DNA from: Thermoplasmata archaeon
GTDB lineage: Archaea > Thermoplasmatota > Thermoplasmata > Lutacidiplasmatales > UBA184
Length of the DNA stretch: 64,000 nucleotides
Direction of reading: 5' to 3'
NCBI GenBank assembly: GCA_035504595.1
Contig: DATJRQ010000018.1
Location: 5,204-69,203 of the forward strand
The notes under the pieces were generated by a model. It saw only the letters and a list, made by a program, of their open reading frames with translations, ran no database searches and was not told where the DNA came from. Position numbers and translations under genes: made by a program. The first letter of the stretch is position 1; every line of letters starts with the position of its first letter. This document shows positions 9,801-19,100 of this stretch, piece after piece.

Positions 9801-10294
9801 AGCGGGTCGTACGCGATCGAGCTGGCGTTCGCGAGCTGGGGGTCCATTTGGGTCGAGTTGCTCGCGGGCGAGTAGATCAGCGCCGGGGCGTTCGGCGGCG
9901 CGGGAATGTGAGCTGTCGTGATCGGGAATTCCGGAATCCAGAGCTGGTCGGTCACGGGGTCGACGGTTGCGTACCCGCTCGCGTCCCAAAGCCAAACCAT
10001 GCTCGGAAAGTTGCCGGGCGTTGACCCGTCGTAGTTCACAAAGGCCGTCTGAACGACCGAGCCAGCCGAACTCGGTGAGAAAGTGAGCGGGCGGTCGGGT
10101 TGCATGGGCCGCAACGACGCGGAGACCGGAGCAGACGACGCCGCTGAGACGAGCGTGTCGGACTTTTCCGGCGCAGTTCGAGCCGAAGTGAGCGAAGCCG
10201 CCGCCACTGCGGCCACCGAGAGGGCCGCCACGGCGACCGTCAAGAGAAGGAGGAGGACTCGGGTCGGCCGATTTGAATGCGTCGCCAGCGTCAC
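6878..10294 (-). CDS. Large cell-surface protein: signal peptide, YVTN-type beta-propeller repeats, three or more PKD domains, C-terminal TM anchor
   Basis: N-terminal hydrophobic signal; repeated 'YDPxxGxxYV(A/V)N' propeller-blade motifs; three 'W(A/T)FGDG..(Y/H)xYxxxGxY' PKD signatures; C-terminal TM helix plus a Pro/Thr-rich tail; many N-x-S/T sequons. Confidence 0.75.
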   Translation of the reverse strand: MTLATHSNRPTRVLLLLLTVAVAALSVAAVAAASLTSARTAPEKSDTLVSAASSAPVSASLRPMQPDRPLTFSPSSAGSVVQTAFVNYDGSTPGNFPSMVWLWDASGYATVDPVTDQLWIPEFPITTAHIPAPPNAPALIYSPASNSTQMDPQLANASSIAYDPLNGYLYATLPLTNQVVAYSLITGTTVGSPIPVGGDPHDILYDPVSQDLVVANTASGNLSIIDGATGQLLQSVPHVGISPIALVDAPTIGEVFVANSGVYAGAYNVTPVNVTKNFVVESPPIRLFSSPSALAYSTSTNLLAIATPSSTLLNLYDASTEVVEGTSSVGLNVSSVISSLNGSEFVSVNGTALHLSLVQARAGLVTPIALNVTLPPDRLTLDPTNGLVYVWSNTNRTITVANISTRSVVQLSPNLGAEAATLAYDPGSGYVFVADWASHAVSVLNATTFQTVRAPLTVPGTPNSLADDPATGTIYIGFTGGVLAVDAQTGGIISENTGPDLAGNNTQLIVDPQSGLLWDLNKITGLYALDMPSLTLQLQTRIAAGTVNLQGVALDNESDTLFVVNRSDPAAPTLVAVNGANGSIIGAPISTIPGLLSVAYDSADHKIYALGEAVWIVNPGNRSIVAGPIPIAPHVVAWSIVYDPSREFLYVASNGSSGPPWPGNITVIDGSSVAASQVSYTTFPAGQLPIDSTPVNFPGSNSQGSSEIWVTNFISGTISIIASPPRITFLAATPNPVDVGASTSVLLGFVGGAGPSTISYSGLPTGCVSQDATTINCKVVSAATYTISATIEDLLGYTTQSSTVLSVNPALAVQVELNGGGSAAIDLGATLNATASVTGGTGPFNYSWAFGDGATAWGANTSHVYAAPGMYLLTVITKDAGGGVSSATSQVTVEPLPTVAVAASPSNVTDVGIPVSFATLASGGVSPGTSYWTFGDGATANGTTVHHTYSTAGTYFATVHYTDAAGEPVSNYTTVTVNAALAATFQVATGPTSPALPTGTSVTAGTALDFTTSISGGTAPYTIVWGFGDGSYGYGVESSHAFANAGTYNVTLFIEDKVGAEWNATYHLTVTSSSNASTFGTSFDEALVLGILVGAAVAAVLLFAAGRSRSKPPSSPPTPYTPPVKETPPATEEPWQES

Positions 10295-10364
10295 CGAAAG
10301 TTCATGGAAATCCGGCCCTCATAAAACCCGCAATCCAGAGGACGCGGGCGGTCGGCGCCGGAGA

Positions 10365-11339
10365 CTACACCGTGCGGATGACCCGGCCCGCGTGGGCGTC
10401 GATTAGGATCGTGGTCTTCTGGCCCTTGTGGTCGAGCTGGAAGGAGAAGATCGGAACGTGCAGGAGCTCGCCGTCCGAGACGTCGGCCTGCGTCTTCAGC
10501 TGGGAGACCATGCTGTGCTTCTTGTGCGCCGCCTCGCTCTGCAGCTGCTGGACGAACGCCTGGGCGGCGTGCTTGGCGGCCTCCTCGCCGAGGTCGCCGT
10601 TCAGGACCTGGGTGCCGTCCGGGATCTGCTTCTTGTCGAAGAACGTCCGGTCGGTCAGGGAGAACTGGTAATCCTTCGGCTGGTACGCGGCCATCGACTT
10701 CACGGCCACGACGGGGTACTCGTACTGCCCCGAGATCGTCTCCGATCGGTTCGGGTTCACGACCGGGCCGCCCATGATCGGGATCACGGTGTAGCCCCCG
10801 CGTCGACCGCCCAGGGCGCTGCCGAGGAGCGCCCCGGCGGCGATCGTGCCCGCGGTCGCCCCGACCGTCGTGGCGACCGCCTGATACTGGTAGGTGGTGG
10901 AGGCCGATACCGGCATCACCCAGAACGGCACGTAGGACAGTCGCGTCTCGCCGACCTTCGACTCCTCGAAGTCCTTCCGATGGAAGAAGCCCTGGTCCAT
11001 GTACCCCTGGACGACCTTCAGCGCGTCCGCCGGGTTCACGACCTTCAGCGGGAGCATCGTGTGCTTGTTGATCTCCTTCCAGCCGTCGCCGCCCAGCGTG
11101 ACCGAGCTGCCGCAGTAGTCGCACGAGATGACCATCTCCCCGAACGCGGGCTTGATCGGCGCCCCGCAGGTCGGGCACTTCAACGCCTGGACACCGGCCG
11201 CCCCGAGGACGTTCCCCGAACTTGCGGGCTTGGACGACGCCGCGGGGGCCGCCCCGCCGCCGCCCGCCACCGCCGTTCCGCACTTGAAGCAGAACTGCGC
11301 GTTGTCGGGGAGCGATTGACCGCACTTGACGCAGAACAT
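10365..11339 (-). CDS. Protein with two N-terminal zinc ribbons + an uncharacterised C-terminal domain
   Basis: CVKCG..CFKCG and CPTCG..CDYCGS motifs; last gene of a 4-gene minus-strand operon. Confidence 0.5.
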   Translation of the reverse strand: MFCVKCGQSLPDNAQFCFKCGTAVAGGGGAAPAASSKPASSGNVLGAAGVQALKCPTCGAPIKPAFGEMVISCDYCGSSVTLGGDGWKEINKHTMLPLKVVNPADALKVVQGYMDQGFFHRKDFEESKVGETRLSYVPFWVMPVSASTTYQYQAVATTVGATAGTIAAGALLGSALGGRRGGYTVIPIMGGPVVNPNRSETISGQYEYPVVAVKSMAAYQPKDYQFSLTDRTFFDKKQIPDGTQVLNGDLGEEAAKHAAQAFVQQLQSEAAHKKHSMVSQLKTQADVSDGELLHVPIFSFQLDHKGQKTTILIDAHAGRVIRTV

Positions 11340-11376
11340 CGTACCTTCCTCTCGGAGCCGCGGTCCCGCCGAGCCA

Positions 11377-12531
11377 CTACCCCAACGGTGCCCCGCACTC
11401 GGGGCAGAACTTTCCGGTCGTGACCACCGACTTGCCGCACTTCGGACACGTGCGAGCGGCCGGCGGCGCCATCGAGGCGCCGCAGTTGGGGCAGAATTTC
11501 TGGCCCTGTGCGACGGGTTGACCGCACTTCGGGCACGGCGTGGTCGCGGCTGCGGGCGGCGCCATCGACGCCCCGCAGTTCGGACAGAACTTGTTGCCGG
11601 GAGGAACCTGGGCGTTGCACTTCGGGCAGACGAGCATCGGGCCCTGCTGCTGGTAGGCGCCCTGCATCTGGCCGGACATTCCGTACCCCATGCCGAGCCC
11701 CGCGCCCAGGCCGACGCCCGCGCCCGCCATCGCGCCCGCCCCGCCGGAGGGGTTGGAGGCAGCGGCGGTGATCGCTTGACCGGCCTGGTACTGCATGTAG
11801 TTCACGCCCAGGACCCCCATCTTGGACCGGGTGTCAATCGCCTGCTGGACGTCGTCGGGGACGCTGACCGAGAGTCCCTGCAGCTGCTTCACCTCGACGC
11901 CGAGCGGGCCGAAATGCTCGGGGACCGCCCCAAGCACCGCCTGTTCGATCGTCGTCAGCTGGGTCGCAAGGTCGGTGACCCGCATCCCCTGGTCCTTGAG
12001 CTTTCCGAGGGTGTTGTAGACGAGCAGGACCATCTGGTCGCGGAGGCGCGCCTCGACATCGGGCGTGGTGACGGCGCCGAACGTCCCGACGAACTGATTG
12101 ATGAAGTTGTCCGGGCTCCCGACGTTCCACCGGTAGGATCCGAAGACGCGGAGCTGGACGAGCCCGAAGTCCGGGTCCCGGAAGACGTACGGCTCGGTGC
12201 TCCCGAACTTTCCGTCGAAGATGCGGCGCTGGAGGTAGTACACCTCCGCCTCCTGCCGAACGCCCGAAAGCGCCTGGACGAGGTTCCCGAGAAGCCGGGC
12301 GTTGAGCGTGGTGAGCGAATACCGGTTCGGCTGGTCGAGATAGGCGAGCACCTTCCCGTCCCGATAGAAGACGGCGGTCTCGTCCTGCCGGACGACGACG
12401 TTGTCGCCCCACTTGATGTTGCGCGGCACGCGCCACATCACGTTCGGTCCCTTGTACGCGTCCTCCCAGTTGATCGTCGTGGCACCGATGAGGCTGCCAC
12501 CGGACGCCGGGATCGGATTGTTCGTAACCAT
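11377..12531 (-). CDS. SPFH/band-7-related protein (COG4260-like) with three C-terminal zinc ribbons
   Basis: N-terminal ~250 aa resembles the COG4260 'virion core protein-like' SPFH relatives; Gly/Met-rich linker; three tandem CPKCG/CPNCG ribbons at the C-terminus. Confidence 0.55.
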   Translation of the reverse strand: MVTNNPIPASGGSLIGATTINWEDAYKGPNVMWRVPRNIKWGDNVVVRQDETAVFYRDGKVLAYLDQPNRYSLTTLNARLLGNLVQALSGVRQEAEVYYLQRRIFDGKFGSTEPYVFRDPDFGLVQLRVFGSYRWNVGSPDNFINQFVGTFGAVTTPDVEARLRDQMVLLVYNTLGKLKDQGMRVTDLATQLTTIEQAVLGAVPEHFGPLGVEVKQLQGLSVSVPDDVQQAIDTRSKMGVLGVNYMQYQAGQAITAAASNPSGGAGAMAGAGVGLGAGLGMGYGMSGQMQGAYQQQGPMLVCPKCNAQVPPGNKFCPNCGASMAPPAAATTPCPKCGQPVAQGQKFCPNCGASMAPPAARTCPKCGKSVVTTGKFCPECGAPLG

Positions 12532-12551
12532 CGGTGTTGCTCCTTGCTCCC

Positions 12552-13298
12552 CTACCCTACGCGAATTCCTTCGATCGCCTGGACGCGCGCCTTGAACGCC
12601 TGGTCGAGCTGGTTGACCTGGCCCCGGGCCGTCGCGATGACGGCACCCGACTGGGCGGCGTTCGGGCCGGACGCGATGGACGGCAGGCTCGCGACGGTCT
12701 GCGCCAGCTGGTTCCCCGCCTGCGCGAACCCGAAGTCGTACTCGTAGAGCCGGTCGAGCTGCTCGGGCCGGATGCGGACGTTCGCGGAGATTCCCGTGTA
12801 TCCCTGCTCGGCGTTCCGGATCTCGCCCTCGAGCCGCCAGAGGTCGGCGATCAGGGGCGCGAGGTCGGTGAGCGCGGTGAACTGGTTCGCCTGGACGAGC
12901 ATCTGGCGCGTGTTCTCGACCGTCGCTCGGGCGTTCTTCATCTTGTCCGCGACCTGAACGCGGAGCAGCTCGTCGGCGGCGCGGATATCCTCGCCCTCAC
13001 GGTACGAGCGATACCCGGGCACGAGGAGCTGGAGGCGCTTGAGGATCCCGCGGTCGTCGTCGACGCGCTGGCGAAGGTCGACCGGGGGGGCGGTGCCCGC
13101 GGTCGGCGCGGCCCCGGAACCGGAGGCGGCGGGCGGCGGGGGCGGAGGCGGGGGAGGGGGAGGAGGAGGCGGCGGCGCGCTCACGGGGGCCGGCACGGAC
13201 AGCGGACCTCCGCACTGGTTGCAGAAGCGGGTCCCCGCGGGCGAGGAGGCGCCGCACTTCGGGCAGGCGACCATCGCGGACGCGGGCGGGGCGGCCAT
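12552..13298 (-). CDS. Zinc-ribbon protein with a Pro16 linker and a helical C-terminal domain
   Basis: CPKCG..CNQCG ribbon, then 16 consecutive Pro codons (13128-13175), then ~190 aa predicted helical. The start abuts the stop of the upstream membrane-protein gene. Confidence 0.5.
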   Translation of the reverse strand: MAAPPASAMVACPKCGASSPAGTRFCNQCGGPLSVPAPVSAPPPPPPPPPPPPPPPAASGSGAAPTAGTAPPVDLRQRVDDDRGILKRLQLLVPGYRSYREGEDIRAADELLRVQVADKMKNARATVENTRQMLVQANQFTALTDLAPLIADLWRLEGEIRNAEQGYTGISANVRIRPEQLDRLYEYDFGFAQAGNQLAQTVASLPSIASGPNAAQSGAVIATARGQVNQLDQAFKARVQAIEGIRVG

Positions 13299-13847
13299 TT
13301 ACGGACTCCGAGGCGGAGGAGGAGAGTTCGCCGGGGGCGGCGCCGTTTGCGGGACGCTCGGGGAGTTCGCCGCGGCATACGAGAATGCCGACGGAGCCGG
13401 CCGCTCGCGCCACTGGTCCCGGACCGCCTCGCGGGACTGTGTGGCCTGAACGGCGCGCAGGCGCCACCCGACGAGCGCGATCGAGATCCCGAGCGCGATG
13501 GCGGTGAGCAGCAGGCCGATGAGCTGCCACGTGCCGAGCGAGACGCCGTAGGAGGGAGCGAGGCCGATCGTGAGGAACAGGACGGCGAATCCCATGCCGA
13601 AGAAACCCCACGCGAGCGACCGTTGCGCGGCGGGGTCGCGGGACAGCGACTCCGCGAGGTAGCAGACGACGGCGAAGATCAGGGCGAGGATCCCGATCCA
13701 GAGCAGGCCGTAAAAGTGCTGGCTCGACGGGAGCGCGAGGTAGACGAGGTAGAACAGGATCGCGGCGACGACGAGGAAGATCGCCGTCAGCACCGCGGCG
13801 TTCGTCTTGCTGCGCGCGGGAGCGGTGGGAGCACTCGGAGTCGACAT
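13299..13847 (-). CDS. Polytopic membrane protein (4 predicted TM helices) with a Pro-rich C-terminus
   Basis: Four hydrophobic ~20-aa segments; first gene of the zinc-ribbon/SPFH operon. Confidence 0.5.
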   Translation of the reverse strand: MSTPSAPTAPARSKTNAAVLTAIFLVVAAILFYLVYLALPSSQHFYGLLWIGILALIFAVVCYLAESLSRDPAAQRSLAWGFFGMGFAVLFLTIGLAPSYGVSLGTWQLIGLLLTAIALGISIALVGWRLRAVQATQSREAVRDQWRERPAPSAFSYAAANSPSVPQTAPPPANSPPPPRSP

Positions 13848-13914
13848 CGGGAACGTTCGAGAGAAAAGGTTCGGGCCAGTATAAGAGCGTAAGCCGGCCG
13901 CCCGACGGTCCGAT

Positions 13915-14859
13915 TCACCGGATCATTCCCAGCAGTTGGAGCATCGGCCCGACGCTCGCCGAGTTCCACCATAGGACGACCTGGCCCACCCCGTGCGCGA
14001 GGGCGATCTCGTAGTCGGTGTAGGCGGTGGACACGGAGATGTCGTTCGGGTCGCCGGACGCGAGCGTGAGCTGGACCGATATCGCGGAGGGCGGGATCCC
14101 GTAACCCGCGTACTCGGTGACCAAGCTCTCGATCGCGCTCGTCCACGTCGTCGTGGAGGCGTGGGCCGCGCCCTGGAGCTGGATCTGCAGCGCGTCGAGC
14201 CCGGTGGTCGCGAGGAGCGCACCGTAGTTCCAGTTGTACGAGCGGTCCGCCCCGACCCACAGCGGTTGCGAGGTCGGGTATCCGTACGCGGCGAACCCCG
14301 CGGCGTGACAGCTGTGGGCGAACGACGCGAAGTTCGACAGCGTGGTCGAGAAGTTGAGGGTGAACTCCGGTTCGAAGCCGGGCTCGTAGTCGTAGATCAC
14401 GCCCTCGAACGAGGACGAGAGCCCTCCGGTCACGAGGTCGTGGACGTTGCTCAGGCCGGCCGTCCGAGCCTCGAAGTGGATGCCGGACGGGAGCGAGGGG
14501 GCGAGGTCCGCGAGCCGGCTGTTGAGGTAGGATACGTTCGGCGTCGAGTTGTTGAGCCCGCTGCTGAGCATGATCGTGTCGTTCGAGATCAAGTACGGCG
14601 CGAAGCGCTCGGAGATCGCCGAGATCGAAGAGGCGTTGATGCTCTGCGGCGCGATGACGAGGGGCGTGGCGTTCGACGGGGGGGCGCCGGCGGGCGCGCC
14701 CGACCCCGCGCACGGCGGGAAGGTGTCGAGGGGTTGGCCGCAGGCGGCGTTCCCGCCGAGGTCCACGACCGCCACGGCCGCGCCGAGGAGCAGCAGAACG
14801 ACCGCGATCGTCCGGAACGGGAACCGCTCCCGCTCGCTCGACCGTCCGGGGGGGGTCAT
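13915..14859 (-). CDS. Secreted/anchored protein, paralog 1 of a tandem pair (possible TIM-barrel glycoside-hydrolase-like fold)
   Basis: Internal Met followed by a hydrophobic anchor (AVVLLLLGAAVAVV). Shares the motifs DTIMLSSG, YDYEPGFEPEF, WNYG.LLAT.G.D.LQIQ.QGA.H and GQVVL.WN with the next gene. Many N-glycosylation sequons. The upstream part of the ORF is Arg-rich junk, so the start was reset. Confidence 0.5.
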   Translation of the reverse strand: MTPPGRSSERERFPFRTIAVVLLLLGAAVAVVDLGGNAACGQPLDTFPPCAGSGAPAGAPPSNATPLVIAPQSINASSISAISERFAPYLISNDTIMLSSGLNNSTPNVSYLNSRLADLAPSLPSGIHFEARTAGLSNVHDLVTGGLSSSFEGVIYDYEPGFEPEFTLNFSTTLSNFASFAHSCHAAGFAAYGYPTSQPLWVGADRSYNWNYGALLATTGLDALQIQLQGAAHASTTTWTSAIESLVTEYAGYGIPPSAISVQLTLASGDPNDISVSTAYTDYEIALAHGVGQVVLWWNSASVGPMLQLLGMIR

Positions 14860-14930
14860 GGGAGACCCCGGGGCCAGCGGCCTCGCAGCGCTTGAGCCTT
14901 CGCGTGGCGGTCCGGGGGACGTGGTCCGCT

Positions 14931-16064
14931 CTACCCTCGGACCAGATCGAGGAGGTCGAGCAGCGACGGGAGGCTCGACAGGTTCCAGAACAGGACGACC
15001 TGACCCGCGCCGCGAGCGACGGCGTTCTCGTACGCCAGGTACGCGGTGGAAACGTTCACCTGGTTCGGGACCCCGTTCGCAAGGCTCACCTGGACGCTGA
15101 TATCCGAGGCGGGAAGGCCGAATCCCCCGTACTGGGTGCTGAGCGTAGAGATCGAGCGGTTCCAGATGTTCATCCCCGTGTGGAGAGCGCCCTGGTCCTG
15201 GATCTGGAGCTGGTCGATGCCCGAGGTGGCGAGCAGGGAGCCGTAGTTCCAGCCGTCCTGGGAGTAGTGCGCGCCCCACAGCGGCAGCGAGTAGGGGTAG
15301 CCCACCGCCCCGAAGCCGGCGAGATGGCACATCTGGGCGAACTGGATGAAGTTCGACATCGTGGTCGTGAAATTCACGGAGAATTCCGGCTCAAAGCCCG
15401 GTTCATAATCGTACACCACCGAGCGGAACGAGGGGGACAGACTCCCGACGAGCGTCTGCACGTTCGCCAGCCCGCCCGTCCGCGCCTCGTAGACGATCCC
15501 TTTCGGGAGCTGGGGCTGCAGCAGGAGCAGCTGAGAGTTGAGGTACCACGGGTTCGCGGAGCTGCCGTTCGCGTTCGCGCCGCTGCTGAGCATGATCGTG
15601 TCGCCGGACCGCAGGTACGGTCGTACGGACGTGGCGAGGGCGGCGAGCGTCGAGTCGTTGATGTCCTCGGGAACGAGCACGAGCGGGACCACCGTGGAGG
15701 GGGTCCGGGGCGGCGGCAGGGGGGCGGGCGACGGGCCGAGGGGCGGCGTCGAGTTGGAGGCGGCCTCCGGCGCGAGGGCGCTCGACGGCCCGGGCGCCCA
15801 CGGTGCCGGGGAGCGAGCGGGCGGCGAGGAGTGCGGCAGCGAGCTCCCCGGACCGGTCGCCGTCGCCCCCGGGTGCGCCGTCGAGCAGAACCCGACCCCC
15901 CCGGAGGCGGTGCCGCACAGGACGTTCGACCCGGCGAACACCGTGAGCGAGGTCGTCGCGATCAGGACCAGCACGACCGCGACCACGCCGTTCCGGTGGC
16001 GGCGGGCCCGTTCGGTGCGGCGTCGCCCCTCTGGGCTCGGCGGGTGCTTCGGTCGCGGCTCCAT
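14931..16064 (-). CDS. Secreted/anchored protein, paralog 2 of the tandem pair
   Basis: Same conserved motifs as paralog 1; N-terminal signal anchor (VVAVVLVLIATTSL); Pro/Ser-rich linker. Confidence 0.5.
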   Translation of the reverse strand: MEPRPKHPPSPEGRRRTERARRHRNGVVAVVLVLIATTSLTVFAGSNVLCGTASGGVGFCSTAHPGATATGPGSSLPHSSPPARSPAPWAPGPSSALAPEAASNSTPPLGPSPAPLPPPRTPSTVVPLVLVPEDINDSTLAALATSVRPYLRSGDTIMLSSGANANGSSANPWYLNSQLLLLQPQLPKGIVYEARTGGLANVQTLVGSLSPSFRSVVYDYEPGFEPEFSVNFTTTMSNFIQFAQMCHLAGFGAVGYPYSLPLWGAHYSQDGWNYGSLLATSGIDQLQIQDQGALHTGMNIWNRSISTLSTQYGGFGLPASDISVQVSLANGVPNQVNVSTAYLAYENAVARGAGQVVLFWNLSSLPSLLDLLDLVRG

Positions 16065-16127
16065 CGGGACACCTTGCAGGACCCCGGAGGGGGTCCGTGT
16101 CGCCGCTCGGTCCGCTCGGGGCGCCGT

Positions 16128-19100
16128 TCAGAGCCGCGGTTCGTCGTCTCCCTTGTCCCGCCGCGGCTTCACAACCGGGGCGGGGGGGGGCGCGGGAGGC
16201 TCCGGAACCGTGGTCCCCGACGGCGATCCGTCCGCGCTGGGCGCGGGAGCGGATTTCGCGGTCGCTGAGCCGGAGTTATCCTTCATGGGGGTTGATGAAC
16301 CTGTCGCTGGCCCACTGGGCGACGGTTTCGGCTTGGGGGAGCCGGAAACTCCCCCCGGATGGTCCTTCCGGAGCGGCGATCCGCCGCCGGTCCTCGAGGA
16401 GGGACCCTTGGACCTCTGGAACACCCCCCGAAGGCCGCTCGACGGGGCGGAGGCGGCCCGCCCGCTGGCGGAATGCAGGGTGACTCCGGCCGCGGCCCGG
16501 GTGTTATCCGTCGTCACCGGCTGGTTGCATTTCGGACACTTCGGGAAGGTGCCGATGCAGTGCTGGCAGAGGGGGGCCCCGCACGAGTGCAGGACCGACG
16601 CGATCCCCCCGCACCCGACGCACCGCGGGGACGCGGCAGATTGGCTCGCGGCGGTCGTGACCGACGGGGAGAACGCTGGCGGGCCCGCGGGCGACGCCCC
16701 CGGGGACGGGCTCGGCTGGTTCTCCGGCGCGAAGTAGGTGTCCCCCGAGACGGGCAGTGCGGGGGCGCCCGCGTCGGCCTCCTTCGCGCGGAACTCGGGG
16801 CCGTACGCGCCGAGGTCGAGCGTGGGAAGCGGCGCGTGGACCGCGGACCCGGCTTCCTCCACGACCTTGATCAGGCGTGCCTTGTAGATCCCGACCCGCA
16901 GGCTGCGGACCAGCTGGAAGAGCGTCCGTTGCTCCGGCGGCAGGACGAGCGCCTTCCGGGCGAGCTCTTCGACATCGGGCGTCAGCTTGAGATTCTCCGG
17001 CCGCAGGTCGGCCTCGAGGACCGCCTTGAGGTAGCCGAACAGGCGCTGGACCTGATCGAGGGAGTAGCCGGGCGGCGACATCACGGCCACATCGGCCATC
17101 GTGAACCCCCGCCGCTCGATGCCGGGCGGCCGACGTTCGAGGGCCTGGGTCACGAGGTGGTACGACGCGTTCTCGAGGTCGTGGATCTCGGCGACCTCGA
17201 TGCGGTCGAGCTTCAGGTCGGGCGGTCGACCGATCGCCGCGAGCACCGGTTCGAGGTACTCGTAGGGGACGTGCAGCGTCACGAAGAGGTCGTTCTTCGC
17301 GACGGTCCGGTTCAGCTTCGCCTCGAGCAGGAGCGCCTCGCGGCCGTAGCGCGAGATCTCGGCGTCCCGCGTCTTCTGCGCGGCGAGCTTCTTCCCGTCC
17401 TTCGCGGGGCCGAAGTCGGAATCCAGGGCCAGCGCGCGTTCGAAGCTCGTCTGGGCGTCGGTCGGCCGGCCGGTCGCGAGGAGCGCGACCCCCCGGCTGG
17501 TCCACGCCTGCTTGTTGCCGGGGTCGGCCTCGGTCGCGCGCTCGTAGAACGAGAGCGCCTCGTTCGGATGGTTCAACCGCTCGGCGACGAACCCGGCGCG
17601 AAGGAGAACGTCCGTGGCGGCCGGTGCGAGACTCAGTGCATGGGCGAACGCGTTCGCCGCATCCGGCCACGCCTGCCGGGCGACGCCGAGCTCGCCCCAC
17701 CGCACCCACAAGGCGGTGCTCTTGGGGAGCACCTCCACGCCCTTTTTCAGCGCGTCCGATGCCGGGTCGAGATGGCCGAGACCGCTCTCCGCCTCGGCGA
17801 GGAGCAGGTAGAGGGACTCCTGGGGAGGAACCTGCGGGATCGACTGACGGAGGAGCTCGAGGGCGTCCGCGTGACGCCCTTCGTCGAGGAGCGATCGGGC
17901 GGTGCCGGCGATCGCGAGCGGGGAGCGGGGCTCCCGCTGGCGGACCTCGTCGTACACCGCGCGCGCCTCGGCCGGTCGCTCCAGCGCCGTCAGCACTTCG
18001 GCGCGGAGCAGCAGCGCCGCCACGTTCGCCGGGGCGCCCGCGGGGGCCGCTTTCAGCCCTTCGTCCAGCACCTCGAGCGCGAGGTCCGGGCGACCCGAGC
18101 TCAGCCGAAGCCGGGCGCGACGGATGGCGATCTCGACGCGGTACACCGGGTCGATCTCGGCCGCGCGTTCGTAGGATCGGTTCGCTTCCTCGGCGAGCCC
18201 CAGGCTCGCGGCGAGGTCCCCGCGTTCCAGGTGGAGCGTCGCGTCCTGCGCGCTCGGGCCGTGGGTCGCGAGGAGCTTGGTGAGGCTCTCGAGCGCCTCC
18301 TTGTTCTCGCCCGCGTCGCGATGCAGATGGTACTTCTCGAGGAGGGCCGGACCGTTGTCCGGCTCCAGGAGGAGGATCGCGGTGAGCGAATACAGGAGCT
18401 CGGAGGGGCGCCCGAGGGCCCGCCACGCGTCGCCCCGCGCCTTCCACGCGGCGATCTCGTTCGGGTCTTCCTTGAGGAGCTGGTCGGCGAGCGTGACGAC
18501 CTCGGCGTACTTCCCGGCCAGCAGGAGGGTCTCGGCGAGCGCGAGTCGACCGTGGCGGCTCTTCGGGTCGACCTCGAGCCCGCGGCGATAGTACGCGATC
18601 GCGTCGGCGTACGCGCCCTGGGCGCGGAGCGCCTCGGCGACCTCGAAGAACGCGTGCGCGTCGCCCGTGACCCCCTGGACGGCCGACTGCAGCACCTTCA
18701 GCGCTTCGGGCCGACGACCGCTCGCGAGCAGGATCTGTCCCTTCTTGCGGAGGAACATGGGATTGTTCGGTTCGCGCGCAAGGAGCATGTCGAGCAGCTG
18801 GAGGGCGCGCGCCTCCTGGTTCGAATGCGCCAGGACCTCCACGGCTCCCCAGAACAGGTCCGGGTCCTCGAGCCCACCGGCGATCGCCCGGGTGTACGCG
18901 TCCGTCGCTTCGGAGTACCGCCCGGCCTCGCGCAAGGCGTGGCCGAGTTCCTTCAGGACATCGTTGCGCATCTGGTTCCCCTCGCGGTCGAGGAACGCGT
19001 GGTACGCCCAGATCGCCCGATCATGATCCCCGACGAGACGCGACGCCCGCGCGATCCCGAGTTCGCTCACCGGCGCCGCGTCGGCGTCGGTCGATGCGCG

